Source: Candidatus Babeliales bacterium
Lineage (GTDB): Bacteria; Babelota; Babeliae; Babelales; JBFXEV01
Assembly: GCA_963716425.1 (NCBI GenBank)
Contig: OY970310.1
Coordinates: 1,606,807 to 1,670,806 of the forward strand
DNA: 64,000 nucleotides
Reading direction: 5' to 3'
Made by a program: the position numbers and the translations under genes. Every line of letters starts with the position of its first letter. The first letter of the stretch is position 1. The notes under the pieces were generated by a model. It did not search any database, was not told the DNA's origin, and saw only the letters and a list, made by a program, of their open reading frames with translations. Positions 9,708 to 19,137 of this stretch are shown here, one piece after another.

Positions 9708-10934
9708 CTATTTTGTTTTTCTCTGTACTTTCACCGTAATGGGTGCAGCTTTTTGCTTCTTGGGTTCTTTTTCTTTTGCCGTTTTACAACATTTTTTATG
9801 TATGCATATGCATGTGGCTGCACCCACTGCTGAAAGTCCGATTGAAATTTGCGTTAATTTTCTATCCAGTTCTTCAAACTGCTCAGAAGTGAGCGACACT
9901 ACCTCGTCTGTCATACGCACTCGAGCAGGTGTTTGGGGTAAAAAAGACTGGAGAAGATTCCTAACTCGTCCTCGTGCGCTTGGCGTTAAATTGAATGATT
10001 CTGTTTGAATAGGCAGCGGTCTCATATCTGCGGGCATTGCCTCAAGTAAACGCCGCACGATATACAGTCTATTTTTGGTTATTGATTCAGTATCTTTGTC
10101 ACTAAATCCTTGTAATGCCGCAAAAAGAGGTGTTTGGTGGTAATGGTCTAAACGTGTTACATTCGCGTTATGCGTAAGAAGTAGATTTACTGTTTCAACC
10201 TGTCCTAGATGTGCTGCCATATGGAGTGGGTAGCGGCCATATCTATATTCTTCAAAAGCAAGTTTTGCATCATCATGTAGCACCACTTGTGCTTGGTCTT
10301 GGTTGCCAATGCCAATGTTTGGATCTATTCCTGCTTGTAAAAGGGCATCTACTTTATGGGGTTTATTTTCGCTTATGGCTTCTACAAGCGCCCATTCGGT
10401 AAATGGATAGGTAAATGAACGTTTGATATATTTGATAAGTTCGGTATGTCCCTTATCTACCTTGTCTACAGCTGCATCAAGAAGGCAATCAACACGATCT
10501 ACAAAAGTGGGATCTAACTTTGAAAGAAGGAAATCTATAATGATGGTTGTTTGCGGCGTTGAAGGTAATTGAGCGGTCTGCTTCAAGCTTTGGGCAATAC
10601 TTCTTTGATAATCAGAAAGAAGATAAGAACCGCGCCAATTTGAATAGTAATCTATAACGTGGCGTGCATCACCAAAGGAAATTGCAGTTGCTACGGGATA
10701 GTCGACCGCATGTCCTTTGCAAGTGCGGGGAAATGGGCGATCATCAGTAATAAGTTCAGTATTTTCGGGTAATTTGAGTGGGATCGCATGACCGTTTTTT
10801 GACTGTAACATGCCGATATCTCGATAATAGGTAGTAGTGCCAGAAAGAGGTGTTGGAGGTAACACTATTTGCATGCCAAAACTTAGAGTGCCAGATAAAT
10901 ATATGCATAAAAGAGCTACAAGTTTACCGTTCAT
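9708..10934 (-). CDS. Leader-bearing ANK protein with C-terminal TM anchor and basic tail (member 3 of 3)
   Basis: The preferred start is the internal MNGKLVALLCIYLSGTLSFGM|QI, with AGGA upstream; the ORF track extends to 11039. YYSNWRGSYLLSDY, DKGHTELIKYI, YPLHMAAHLGQVETVNLLLTHNAN. RMTDEVV ... ISIGLSAVGAATCICI, then a Lys-rich tail. Confidence 0.7.
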   Translation of the reverse strand: MNGKLVALLCIYLSGTLSFGMQIVLPPTPLSGTTTYYRDIGMLQSKNGHAIPLKLPENTELITDDRPFPRTCKGHAVDYPVATAISFGDARHVIDYYSNWRGSYLLSDYQRSIAQSLKQTAQLPSTPQTTIIIDFLLSKLDPTFVDRVDCLLDAAVDKVDKGHTELIKYIKRSFTYPFTEWALVEAISENKPHKVDALLQAGIDPNIGIGNQDQAQVVLHDDAKLAFEEYRYGRYPLHMAAHLGQVETVNLLLTHNANVTRLDHYHQTPLFAALQGFSDKDTESITKNRLYIVRRLLEAMPADMRPLPIQTESFNLTPSARGRVRNLLQSFLPQTPARVRMTDEVVSLTSEQFEELDRKLTQISIGLSAVGAATCICIHKKCCKTAKEKEPKKQKAAPITVKVQRKTK

Positions 10935-11078
10935 GAAATCCTGTGGTGTTATGAAGGAGTTGCAAAAAGTGTAGTATAAAAGCTCTTTAAACGCAATATG
11001 CTTACATCTCTTTTTTTGTGTGATAACTGTGTGGTACAACTAAGGTAGAAAAATGGCTAATTACTATAAGGGCAGACG

Positions 11079-11807
11079 ATGAAATACATATTAACATTTG
11101 GATTGCTGATCAGTACAGCATCACATGCACTAGAACCTGCAATGGTCAAACCGGATGAAGACTTTAATGTAGGGGAAGTAATTGTTCGGTTAGATGAGCA
11201 TATGACCAATGTAGAAACATGGTATCAGACAAGTAAGCACTGTGCTAAAAAAACAATGCGCGTTAAACAATTTGATATGGAGTTGTTGCGATCTATAGTG
11301 CAAGTAACACATCCAATAATGATTGCTTGTTTTGATGCCATGGAACATGAGGAAAGTCTTGAGCCATTTTTTGTGCTTTGGAGTAATTTTAAGAGAGAGT
11401 ATATGCAATCAGCACAAGACCAATTATTGTGCAAAGAAATAGCATTTCTTGTTATGCATCTTTATAGCAGCATGCTTGGGTCTTTACAACGCACGGGCAC
11501 TCGCGTAAACGTGGCACAAATGCTTGAATTATATCATATTATTGCAGCATTACCTATCTATAAATTGCTTGCTTTACTTGATAGTATTGCACGGCAGATA
11601 ATAACCATGTTGGATCAAACATATCATGACGAAACAAGTTTTTTTGTGTGGTTGTGGCATAATTGGTGGGTGCCCCCTACAATTATTTCAAACACGGTCA
11701 GCTCACTCGTAGATGGTATTACCTCTATTGTAACGTCAGAAGAGCCTCAAGAAGCGGGTGATGCAGATGACGATGACAAAAAAAGCTTGAGTAGCTGCGC
11801 TCTCTAA
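11079..11807 (+). CDS. Lineage-specific exported/membrane protein, single-module member of the family at 40326..42637
   Basis: Leader MKYILTFGLLISTASHA. Shares EPFFVLWSNFKREY...LCKEIAFLVMHLYSSML, LELYHIIAALPIYKLLALLD and WLWHNWWVPPTII with the two-module proteins at 40326..41621 and 41636..42637. Acidic tail. Confidence 0.7.
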   Translation: MKYILTFGLLISTASHALEPAMVKPDEDFNVGEVIVRLDEHMTNVETWYQTSKHCAKKTMRVKQFDMELLRSIVQVTHPIMIACFDAMEHEESLEPFFVLWSNFKREYMQSAQDQLLCKEIAFLVMHLYSSMLGSLQRTGTRVNVAQMLELYHIIAALPIYKLLALLDSIARQIITMLDQTYHDETSFFVWLWHNWWVPPTIISNTVSSLVDGITSIVTSEEPQEAGDADDDDKKSLSSCAL

Positions 11808-11905
11808 CATTAATTCATATTTATGTTGCGATGTGGTATACTAGTGATGTACAGGAATTTGCTTTATGTGATGGTGATGCGCCTCATCTATTTAAAGGAT
11901 TTTCC

Positions 11906-12433
11906 ATGTTCGAGCAATATGAAAAAGTAGTATATCCTGGTCATGGTGTTGCTCTTATCAATCGACTTATTACCAAAAAAATAGCCAATAATATCATGTC
12001 CTTTTATGAATTAAAATTCTTAAATCAAGAAATGACTATTTTGGTGCCCACAAGTAATGCTGTGGCTATTGGCTTACGCGTTGTCACACCGGCAGACACC
12101 TTAGAAACCATTTTTACTTTGTTATCAAAACCGGCCCGCAAATTAGAGTCGTGCGAGTTGGTGAATAACTGGTCAAGGCGGCATAAAGATTATCAACTTA
12201 AAATCATGTCGGGCAAGCTAGAAGAGATTTCCGCTCTTTATCATGAATTAAAGCATATTGAATCACAAAAAGAACTTTCATATGGTGAAAAGATGCTTCT
12301 TAATAGAGCTGAATCCTTGCTTGCAGAAGAAATTGCGGTTGCGCAACAAATGGCAGAAGAAAAGGCGCTTGAAAATATTAGATCACTCTTTGGAAGTGCT
12401 TTTAGAGCCTCATGTAAGCAATCACAGGCATAA
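11906..12433 (+). CDS. CarD/CdnL-family RNA-polymerase-binding transcription regulator
   Basis: FEQYEKVVYPGHGVALINRLITKKIANNIMSFYELKFLNQEMTILVPTSNAVAIGLR plus NWSRRHKDYQLKIMSGKLEEISALYHELKHIESQKELSYGEKMLLNRAESLL match the CarD N-terminal and C-terminal consensus. The start is taken at the internal MFEQY; the ORF track starts at 11831. Confidence 0.8.
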   Translation: MFEQYEKVVYPGHGVALINRLITKKIANNIMSFYELKFLNQEMTILVPTSNAVAIGLRVVTPADTLETIFTLLSKPARKLESCELVNNWSRRHKDYQLKIMSGKLEEISALYHELKHIESQKELSYGEKMLLNRAESLLAEEIAVAQQMAEEKALENIRSLFGSAFRASCKQSQA

Positions 12434-12500
12434 TGTGAGATTTCTTTACAGTGCCTGAGAGGATAGGTATTATAGCATAGAGACTACTATAAAGGTTTTT

Positions 12501-13448
12501 ATGCTTAGATACCCTTACATGCTTATTATTGCGGGTCCTACTGGCGTGGGGAAATCCGATTTCGCCGAAATGCTTGCTCGCGTACTCCCAGCAGAAATTG
12601 TGAATGCGGATATGGGTCAATGCTATACGCCTCTTACTATTGGGACTGCAAAGCCCAACTGGCGCTCAAGCCATATTCCTCATCATGGCTTTGATACTAT
12701 TAATGAACCACGTGATTTAACCGTGGTACAATATCGTGAACAACTCAAGGCAATTGTGACCGATATTTGGCAACGGGGTAACTTACCTATTGTGGTCGGC
12801 GGGTCTAGCTTCTATTTGGCATCATTATTTTTTCCGCCAAAAGCAGATGTGTCTGCAATTCCTATTGATGTAGAGTCATCTGAAGAAGGGCTGTGGGAAC
12901 AGCTTGCAATAATTGACCCTGCGCGGGCTTCCACTATTGATCCTCATGATCAATTTCGCATAAAGCGTGCGCTCGAAATATGGCGTACCACCAGCATTAA
13001 GCCATCTGAATATATGCCCACTTATGAGCCACTTGCTCCTTATCATATGGTATTTTTGACACGGGATACAGAAGAATTAAATGAACGAATATTCATGCGC
13101 GTGAATAAGATGCTCCAAGCAGGGTGGATAGAGGAAGTGTGGGCATTAAAAGGGACCGAATGGGAGCCATTCTTACTGCGAAAAAAAATTATTGGCTATG
13201 ATGATATACTCAAGTTTTTGGATATGCCAGAAATAACTTTCAAGGAGCGGGAGGCACTCGCCGTTCGCATAACCCAAAGAACGCGGCAATATGGCAAACG
13301 TCAACGTACGTTTTGGCGGATGCTTGAGGCTCGTCTTAAGGAGCATCCTTGTCCGGTAGAAACAGTGAATCTATCAGAGATAGACATGAAGAAATATGCG
13401 GATGAACTTGTGCAGGAATTGAAAAATAAGTTGCTGGCAGATCACTAA
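12501..13448 (+). CDS. miaA: tRNA dimethylallyltransferase
   Basis: P-loop IIAGPTGVGKSDFAEMLA; EIVNADMGQCYTPLTIGTAKP; PIVVGGSSFYL. 315 aa. Confidence 0.9.
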   Translation: MLRYPYMLIIAGPTGVGKSDFAEMLARVLPAEIVNADMGQCYTPLTIGTAKPNWRSSHIPHHGFDTINEPRDLTVVQYREQLKAIVTDIWQRGNLPIVVGGSSFYLASLFFPPKADVSAIPIDVESSEEGLWEQLAIIDPARASTIDPHDQFRIKRALEIWRTTSIKPSEYMPTYEPLAPYHMVFLTRDTEELNERIFMRVNKMLQAGWIEEVWALKGTEWEPFLLRKKIIGYDDILKFLDMPEITFKEREALAVRITQRTRQYGKRQRTFWRMLEARLKEHPCPVETVNLSEIDMKKYADELVQELKNKLLADH

Positions 13449-13519
13449 AAAGATGCTATACTGTTGCCATCATAGATTTTAAGGAATCACTCGTATTGAT
13501 TTGAAAAAGGATTGAGCAC

Positions 13520-14125
13520 ATGCAAAAAAATACATATAATGGACCATGCGCATGCCAAGATACTACCGTGCTCGCACTTAATCGTACGGCGGTTAGTCGC
13601 GTGGTGGCTGTAGGTAGTTTGGTATGTTTTTTTATTTTTGTTGCTGGATATTTTTGGGGTAAAAAACATGCTACCGAATCATTTATGAGCGCGGTAGCAG
13701 AAGAAGCAACAGTTGATAGGCTGCAAGTTTCCTTAAATACTATTGCGCCGGTAGGCGGTTCTGTAGAAGCAATGGCTGATGCCATGGAAGAGACGACTGC
13801 TCTGCCACAAGAGATTGAAACGCCAGGACCGGCACAAGAACAGGAACTTGAAGTTAATGAATCCGCTAAACGATATTTGGCACAACTTGTTGGATTTGGC
13901 ACAGCTCGCAATGCAGACCAATTTATAAGAAAACTTGCTCGGCATGGTATAACTGAAGTGGAAGTTTCTTCCCGAACCAGCCGCATGAATGGTGGTAAAA
14001 AGAGAACGTGGTATCAAGTAGTCACTAAACCATTTGCTGATCATCAGCGGGTAGTGGCATTAGTGGATCGTATAAAACAAATAGAAAAACTACATGATGT
14101 GCGCATAATCGCACAAAATGCATAG
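13520..14125 (+). CDS. Membrane-anchored SPOR-domain (peptidoglycan-binding) protein
   Basis: N-terminal TM VVAVGSLVCFFIFVAGYFW. The C-terminal YLAQLVGFGTARNADQFIRKLARHGITEVEV...WYQVVTKPFADHQRVVALVDRIKQ fits the SPOR pattern. Confidence 0.7.
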   Translation: MQKNTYNGPCACQDTTVLALNRTAVSRVVAVGSLVCFFIFVAGYFWGKKHATESFMSAVAEEATVDRLQVSLNTIAPVGGSVEAMADAMEETTALPQEIETPGPAQEQELEVNESAKRYLAQLVGFGTARNADQFIRKLARHGITEVEVSSRTSRMNGGKKRTWYQVVTKPFADHQRVVALVDRIKQIEKLHDVRIIAQNA

Positions 14126-14144
14126 AAGCGCAGAGAGGATTGCG

Positions 14145-16097
14145 ATGATAACCGAAATACGGCGTCGATTTAAAAAATATGGATTTCAGGTGGTGCTTTG
14201 GATAACAAGTGCTGCAATGTTTATTACCTTTTTACCCACGATTTTTGATCCAAGTCGCCGGCAACAAGTTGCAGCTACAGTAAATGGGTATGAAATAAGC
14301 TTTCCTGAATATGCAATGCGGTTGACTCATGAACAAGATCGTATTGCCATGTTTCGTGAGCGATTTGGCGCACAAGCTGATCTGTATTTGAGCATGTTTG
14401 GCATGGATAACCCAGAAAAGAATGCAGTTGATGGTTTGGTGCAAGATGTATTGTTAGACCAGGCAGCACAGCAAACTCATATGGCGGTTGATTCTGATAC
14501 TATTAGACGTAAAATCTTAGATCCACAATTTGTGATGACTCATTTGCTCAACGTTGTGCCAATGCACGTAATAGATCCGCGTACTGGTACAATACACCCA
14601 GGTGCTTTGGATCAGTATCTTGCTCAAAAAGGGATACATCAAGAGTTGTTTGATGCCTCAATTGAACGAGCGATACGTTCAAGCACATTAATGGGGCTTG
14701 CAGCAACAACGGTGTATATTGAACCGGAAGAACTTAAAGACTTTTATGAACGCACTACGCTTGGCCGTACATATGGTATTGCAAAGTTTGGCCATGATGC
14801 TTATGTAAAAAAAGCTGAAGCTGCAGGGGCAAGTGATCAACAATTGCAATCATTTTATCAAGTTGAAAATGCAAAAGATAACCGCTATATGATCCCTGAG
14901 AAACGTTCTGGTGACATATGGCAATTTTCACCAGCTGGCTTTGGCGTAGCAATAACTGATGAGCAAGCAAAAGCTCAGTATGAACGCACAAAGCATAAGC
15001 AATATATTGAATCGCCTGCGCAATTTCAGATTCGGTCAATTTTGATCGCAAGAGATCCAAAAGAGGGTGTAACTGATGCAGTGCGTGAACGTGCTTACAA
15101 AGTTGCAGAATTGGCAAAAAATGATTCTGCGCAATTTGCACAACTTGCAAAAGAATATTCGGATGACAAAAACACCGCATCAAAAGGTGGGCTCTCCGAT
15201 TGGATGACCCGTGAGCAGTTAACACCTGAAGTGCGCCGCGCATTGTTTGCCTTAAAAGATGATGGTGCCGTTTCTGAGCTGATTAAAAGCAAGGATGGCT
15301 TTGAACTTATTCAACGAGTGGCTCGTAAGCCAGTACAATTTAAGCCGTTTGAATCAGTTAAAAGTGCTATTATAGCACGCTTGGAACGTCAACAATTCAA
15401 TAAAGAGTTTGAGCGAGAAGCGCGTCAAGCTATCCGTAATGCGCAAGGTCTTGAGCAATTTATTAAAGATAAGGGTGGCATAAAGGAAACCATTGCCAAT
15501 GCAGAGCGGGGCACTGATGCTACGGTGAAAGCATTGTATACTGGTAAGATAGGCGACTATCAGGCAACTCTTTCAGGCGATAATGGCGTTATTGTGCATA
15601 TAACCAAGATTGATAAAAAGCATGAACCTGCTTTTGAGGATATAAAGAGCGTCGTTCGTAAAGACTATCTTGCAAAGCAGGCTACTGAACTTATGAATGC
15701 TGACCTTAAAAAGGCGGTAGGTTTGGCTCAAGAAATGCCTATTGAGCAAGTTGCACGAACGTTGGGAGCAACATATCAATCTACCCCCTTTATTACTCAA
15801 GACAATCAAGCCGAGCTTCAAAAGCTTACAAAAGAGGGCATACCAGCCGAGCGACTTTTAGGACTTACTAGAGTTGGAGCTCGTGAAACCTTTATGCAGG
15901 GTCAAAATGGATTCCTTGCTCAAGTGACAGGGGTTGAGCAGTTTGACCAAGTTCAATTTGATGCCAAAAAAGAAGCGATAGCGCAGCAGCTCTATCAGGA
16001 AGAAATAGCGCGTAAACAGCGTTCTTTGGTTGCTTCTTTGTATAGAAATGCTACACTGAAAACAAGCGATCAGATCAATTTACAACCGAAAGCATAA
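14145..16097 (+). CDS. PpiD-like periplasmic chaperone / parvulin-type peptidyl-prolyl isomerase
   Basis: N-terminal anchor [16 protein letters not shown], a long SurA-like chaperone region, and a parvulin block FQIRSILIA...[56 protein letters not shown]. The start is taken at the internal MITEIRR. Confidence 0.7.
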   Translation: MITEIRRRFKKYGFQVVLWITSAAMFITFLPTIFDPSRRQQVAATVNGYEISFPEYAMRLTHEQDRIAMFRERFGAQADLYLSMFGMDNPEKNAVDGLVQDVLLDQAAQQTHMAVDSDTIRRKILDPQFVMTHLLNVVPMHVIDPRTGTIHPGALDQYLAQKGIHQELFDASIERAIRSSTLMGLAATTVYIEPEELKDFYERTTLGRTYGIAKFGHDAYVKKAEAAGASDQQLQSFYQVENAKDNRYMIPEKRSGDIWQFSPAGFGVAITDEQAKAQYERTKHKQYIESPAQFQIRSILIARDPKEGVTDAVRERAYKVAELAKNDSAQFAQLAKEYSDDKNTASKGGLSDWMTREQLTPEVRRALFALKDDGAVSELIKSKDGFELIQRVARKPVQFKPFESVKSAIIARLERQQFNKEFEREARQAIRNAQGLEQFIKDKGGIKETIANAERGTDATVKALYTGKIGDYQATLSGDNGVIVHITKIDKKHEPAFEDIKSVVRKDYLAKQATELMNADLKKAVGLAQEMPIEQVARTLGATYQSTPFITQDNQAELQKLTKEGIPAERLLGLTRVGARETFMQGQNGFLAQVTGVEQFDQVQFDAKKEAIAQQLYQEEIARKQRSLVASLYRNATLKTSDQINLQPKA

Positions 16098-16102
16098 GCA
16101 GC

Positions 16103-17167
16103 ATGAGTCAAAAAATTGTTGAAAAGAAAGCTGGCCCGAACCCTGCTATTGCAATTGAACAAGAAGTAGCTCTTAAGAATAAGGCTTTAGAGGTTACTTT
16201 TTCTCAGATTGATAAGCAATATGGCAAAGGCTCTGTAATGAGATTGGGCGAAACTCCCAATATGACTGTTGATACTATTTCTTCTGGATCGATCCTTATA
16301 GATCATGCTTTAGGGGTAGGCGGCTACCCGCGTGGTCGTATTATTGAAATTTATGGACCAGAAGCATCTGGTAAAACTACCTTGGCCATGCATGCCATTG
16401 CCCAAGCCCAAAAGCGAGGTGGTATTTGCGCATTTATTGATGCAGAGCATGCTCTTGATGCAGCGTACTCTACAAGCCTTGGTATTAATATAGATGACCT
16501 TATTATTTCTCAGCCAGATTATGGTGAACAGGCTCTTGATATTGCCGAAATGCTTATTCGGTCTGGCGCTTTGGATATAGTGGTTATTGACTCGGTTGCA
16601 GCATTGGTGCCAAAGGCAGAACTTGATGGTGAAATGGGCGACGTCCATATGGGCCTTCAGGCTCGTTTAATGTCGCAGGCACTGCGTAAGCTGACGCCAG
16701 TCGTGCATAAATCTAAGACGGTACTTATCTTTATTAACCAAGTGCGGCATACTATTAATGCTATGCCATTTGCTCCTAAAGAGACTACTACTGGTGGTAA
16801 TGCATTAAAATTTTATTCATCAATGCGCCTTGAAGTGCGCCGGATTGCTTCATTAAAGAAAGACGAAAATCACTTTGGTAATCGTGTTTCCATTAAAATA
16901 GTGAAGAATAAGGTTGCACCTCCTTTTAAGCGTGTTGAACTTGATTTAATCTTTAGTCAGGGAATTAGTAAAGAGCTTGATTTACTCGATGCGGCTTTGC
17001 ACTATGAAGTGCTTGGCAAATCGGGAGCTTGGTTCTCGTTTGAGGGCAAGAATATAGCGCAGGGGCGCGAACAGGCATTGCAATATTTGTGTGATCATCC
17101 GGATGCAGCTCAAAAAATAGAAGAACGCATCCAGGTTGTATATCAAGAACGCCAACATAAAGCGTAG
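16103..17167 (+). CDS. recA: Recombinase A
   Basis: [12 protein letters not shown], Walker [49 protein letters not shown]. Confidence 0.98.
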   Translation: MSQKIVEKKAGPNPAIAIEQEVALKNKALEVTFSQIDKQYGKGSVMRLGETPNMTVDTISSGSILIDHALGVGGYPRGRIIEIYGPEASGKTTLAMHAIAQAQKRGGICAFIDAEHALDAAYSTSLGINIDDLIISQPDYGEQALDIAEMLIRSGALDIVVIDSVAALVPKAELDGEMGDVHMGLQARLMSQALRKLTPVVHKSKTVLIFINQVRHTINAMPFAPKETTTGGNALKFYSSMRLEVRRIASLKKDENHFGNRVSIKIVKNKVAPPFKRVELDLIFSQGISKELDLLDAALHYEVLGKSGAWFSFEGKNIAQGREQALQYLCDHPDAAQKIEERIQVVYQERQHKA

Positions 17168-17170
17168 AGG

Positions 17171-17740
17171 ATGAGCATTATTTTGAACGATACTAGTAGA
17201 AAACCACCACGCGCACAACTTCCGCCGATTAATAATAATATTAAGGCTGATAGGGTGCAAGTAATTGGCCAAGATGGTGGAAATCTTGGGGTACTACCGC
17301 TTAATGAAGCGATTAGTATTGCACGTGCTGCTGAACTTGATTTGGTGTTAATTGCGCCAACTGGCAAAGATGATGTGCCGGTTACCAAAATTATGGATTA
17401 CGGCAAATTGCTGTATGAAAAAAAGAAAAAGCAAACGGAAGCTAAAAAACACCAAAAGACCATTCAGGTCAAAGAAGTTAAGGTGCGCCCAAAAATTGGG
17501 GAGCATGATTTTTTGACTAAAATCAAGCAAGCTGCAGGCTTTTTAGAAGAAGGTAAGCATGTTAAGATGACGCTCCAATTTCGTGGTCGCGAAATGACAA
17601 CGCGCCAAGAACGTGGTACAGAAATGTTTGACCGTATTGAGCAGTTATTCAAAGAATTAGAAATTGGTAACTTTGCTCATGAAAAAGAGGCCAAACAAGG
17701 TCCTTTTTGGTCACGAGTCTATTTTGTTAAAAGTAAATAA
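17171..17740 (+). CDS. infC: Translation initiation factor IF-3
   Basis: INNNIKADRVQVIGQDGGNLGVLPLNEAISIARAAELDLVLI..., KEVKVRPKIGEHDFLTK, VKMTLQFRGREM. The exact start codon is uncertain. Confidence 0.93.
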   Translation: MSIILNDTSRKPPRAQLPPINNNIKADRVQVIGQDGGNLGVLPLNEAISIARAAELDLVLIAPTGKDDVPVTKIMDYGKLLYEKKKKQTEAKKHQKTIQVKEVKVRPKIGEHDFLTKIKQAAGFLEEGKHVKMTLQFRGREMTTRQERGTEMFDRIEQLFKELEIGNFAHEKEAKQGPFWSRVYFVKSK

Positions 17741-17764
17741 TGCATTAGTAGGAATTAGTAGCCC

Positions 17765-17959
17765 ATGCCAAAGATGAAAACAAAATCAAGCGCTAAAAAA
17801 CGCTTTAAAAAAATGAAGAGTGGTTTAATTAAATATTCTCGAGCTTTTAAGCGTCACTTGCTTGCAAAGAAATCAAGCAAGCGCAAACGTGACTTGAGAC
17901 AAAGTGCTTATTTGTGTCAATCTGACGCCAAAGTAATTGCACTGTTATTACCATATTAG
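17765..17959 (+). CDS. rpmI: 50S ribosomal protein L35
   Basis: [16 protein letters not shown]...; 64 aa; lies between infC and rplT. Confidence 0.93.
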   Translation: MPKMKTKSSAKKRFKKMKSGLIKYSRAFKRHLLAKKSSKRKRDLRQSAYLCQSDAKVIALLLPY

Positions 17960-17993
17960 ATCACTTCGCACATATTAAGAAGGAAATAAAACC

Positions 17994-18341
17994 ATGACAC
18001 GAGTTAAACGAGGTATTGTGGTCAAAAAGCGCCACAAACGCTTGCTCGATCAAACAAAAGGTTACTGGGGTCAACGTAAAAACATTTTCAAACGCGCACA
18101 TGAAACATTAATGCGTGCGTTGGCTTACGCTTATCGGAGCCGTAAGTTAATGAAACGTGATACTCGAGCGCTTTTTATTGCACGTATAAGTGCCGCATGT
18201 AAACAAAACGGTACAAAATACAATAAATTCATTCACGGTTTGAAATTGGCTAATGTGCCATTAAACCGTAAAATGCTCAGCCAGTTAGCTATTTTTGATC
18301 CTGCAGTTTTTACAAAATTAGTAAAAATGGCAGGTCAATAA
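17994..18341 (+). CDS. rplT: 50S ribosomal protein L20
   Basis: MTRVKRGIVVKKRHKRLLDQTKGYWGQRKN...AYRSRK; RBS AAGGAA upstream. Confidence 0.95.
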   Translation: MTRVKRGIVVKKRHKRLLDQTKGYWGQRKNIFKRAHETLMRALAYAYRSRKLMKRDTRALFIARISAACKQNGTKYNKFIHGLKLANVPLNRKMLSQLAIFDPAVFTKLVKMAGQ

Positions 18342-18350
18342 ACTCTCTTC

Positions 18351-18380
18351 TTGACACTCAATTTGAGAGAAGAGTATACT
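18351..18380 (+). promoter_or_regulatory. Candidate sigma-70-type promoter for the zapB-like/zapA/rny/ymdB block
   Basis: TTGACA (18351..18356), an 18-nt spacer, then TATACT (18375..18380). It overlaps an imperfect hairpin just after the rplT stop. Confidence 0.4.
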
Positions 18381-18475
18381 GCAAGTGTAAGAGATTGGTG
18401 ATATAACTATCACTAAGTAAATACTTATACTAATGGACTAATGTGCATGTAGCATGAAACAAAGGGGAGAGTACC

Positions 18476-18730
18476 ATGAATGCATTAAGTATGCTTGAAG
18501 AAAAAGTTGCCCAACTTGTTGGTGTAATGAATCAATTGAGAAAAGAAAACGTAGATCTTAAAGAAGAAAATGCGCTTCTTTTAGAACAGGTTCATATTCT
18601 TGAATCTTCAGCGTTACAAGAAACTAAAGCTCTTGATCAAATGCATCAAGAAAAAGAAGCAACTAAAGCAGCAGTAGATGATTTGATCAGAAATATTAAT
18701 GCCTTAGTAAGTAATGAAGTACAGCCATGA
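18476..18730 (+). CDS. ZapB-like coiled-coil cell-division protein (tentative)
   Basis: 84-aa heptad coiled coil, LEEKVAQLVGVMNQLRKENVDLKEENALLLEQ. It has a 4-nt overlap (ATGA) with zapA. Confidence 0.5.
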   Translation: MNALSMLEEKVAQLVGVMNQLRKENVDLKEENALLLEQVHILESSALQETKALDQMHQEKEATKAAVDDLIRNINALVSNEVQP

Positions 18731-19020
18731 GTGAAGCAGTAAAACGGTATGATGTGACTGTCTGTGGTCAGGCGTATTCATTGGTCAGTGATCGTCCTCT
18801 TGATTACATTAATCAAGCTGCAGCCTTGATAGATTCATCGCTTAAAGAGCTTAAAATCAAAGCTCCTCAGCTTGATGAAAAACGAGCAGCAGTATTAGTG
18901 GCGCTCCAAATGGCCAGTAAATTCCTTGAAACAGAAGCTGCACAATTGACATGCCATGACCATGCCTTGCAACTTGTTGAATTGATCCAAAAGGCATTGC
19001 CACCTCGTGTAGAGTTTTAG
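18727..19020 (+). CDS. zapA: Cell division protein ZapA
   Basis: YDVTVCGQAYSLVSDRPLDYINQAAALIDSSLKELK...RAAVLVALQMA fits the ZapA fold pattern. 97 aa. Confidence 0.75.
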   Translation: MSEAVKRYDVTVCGQAYSLVSDRPLDYINQAAALIDSSLKELKIKAPQLDEKRAAVLVALQMASKFLETEAAQLTCHDHALQLVELIQKALPPRVEF

Positions 19021-19137
19021 AGCAGTATCGCCTTTTTGTTTTTATTCACTTTTTTTCCAGATGAGCACGCATGGATGAGCATCGGGCGCGGGTATATGCC
19101 GCGTAATATTAATTAAATATGAATAGAAAGATAGGCT

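Noticed and set aside
13456-13986. 176-aa minus-strand ORF
   Set aside because: It is antisense to the SPOR-domain gene, has a Ser/Thr/Ala-rich shadow composition, and has no start context or family signal.
14755-15243. 162-aa minus-strand ORF
   Set aside because: It lies inside, and antisense to, the PpiD-like gene, whose parvulin motifs are unambiguous.
19021-19137. Possible 6S RNA (ssrS) downstream of zapA, as in E. coli
   Set aside because: The gap is only ~115 nt and has no extended imperfect duplex with a central bubble. It is too short for 6S RNA.
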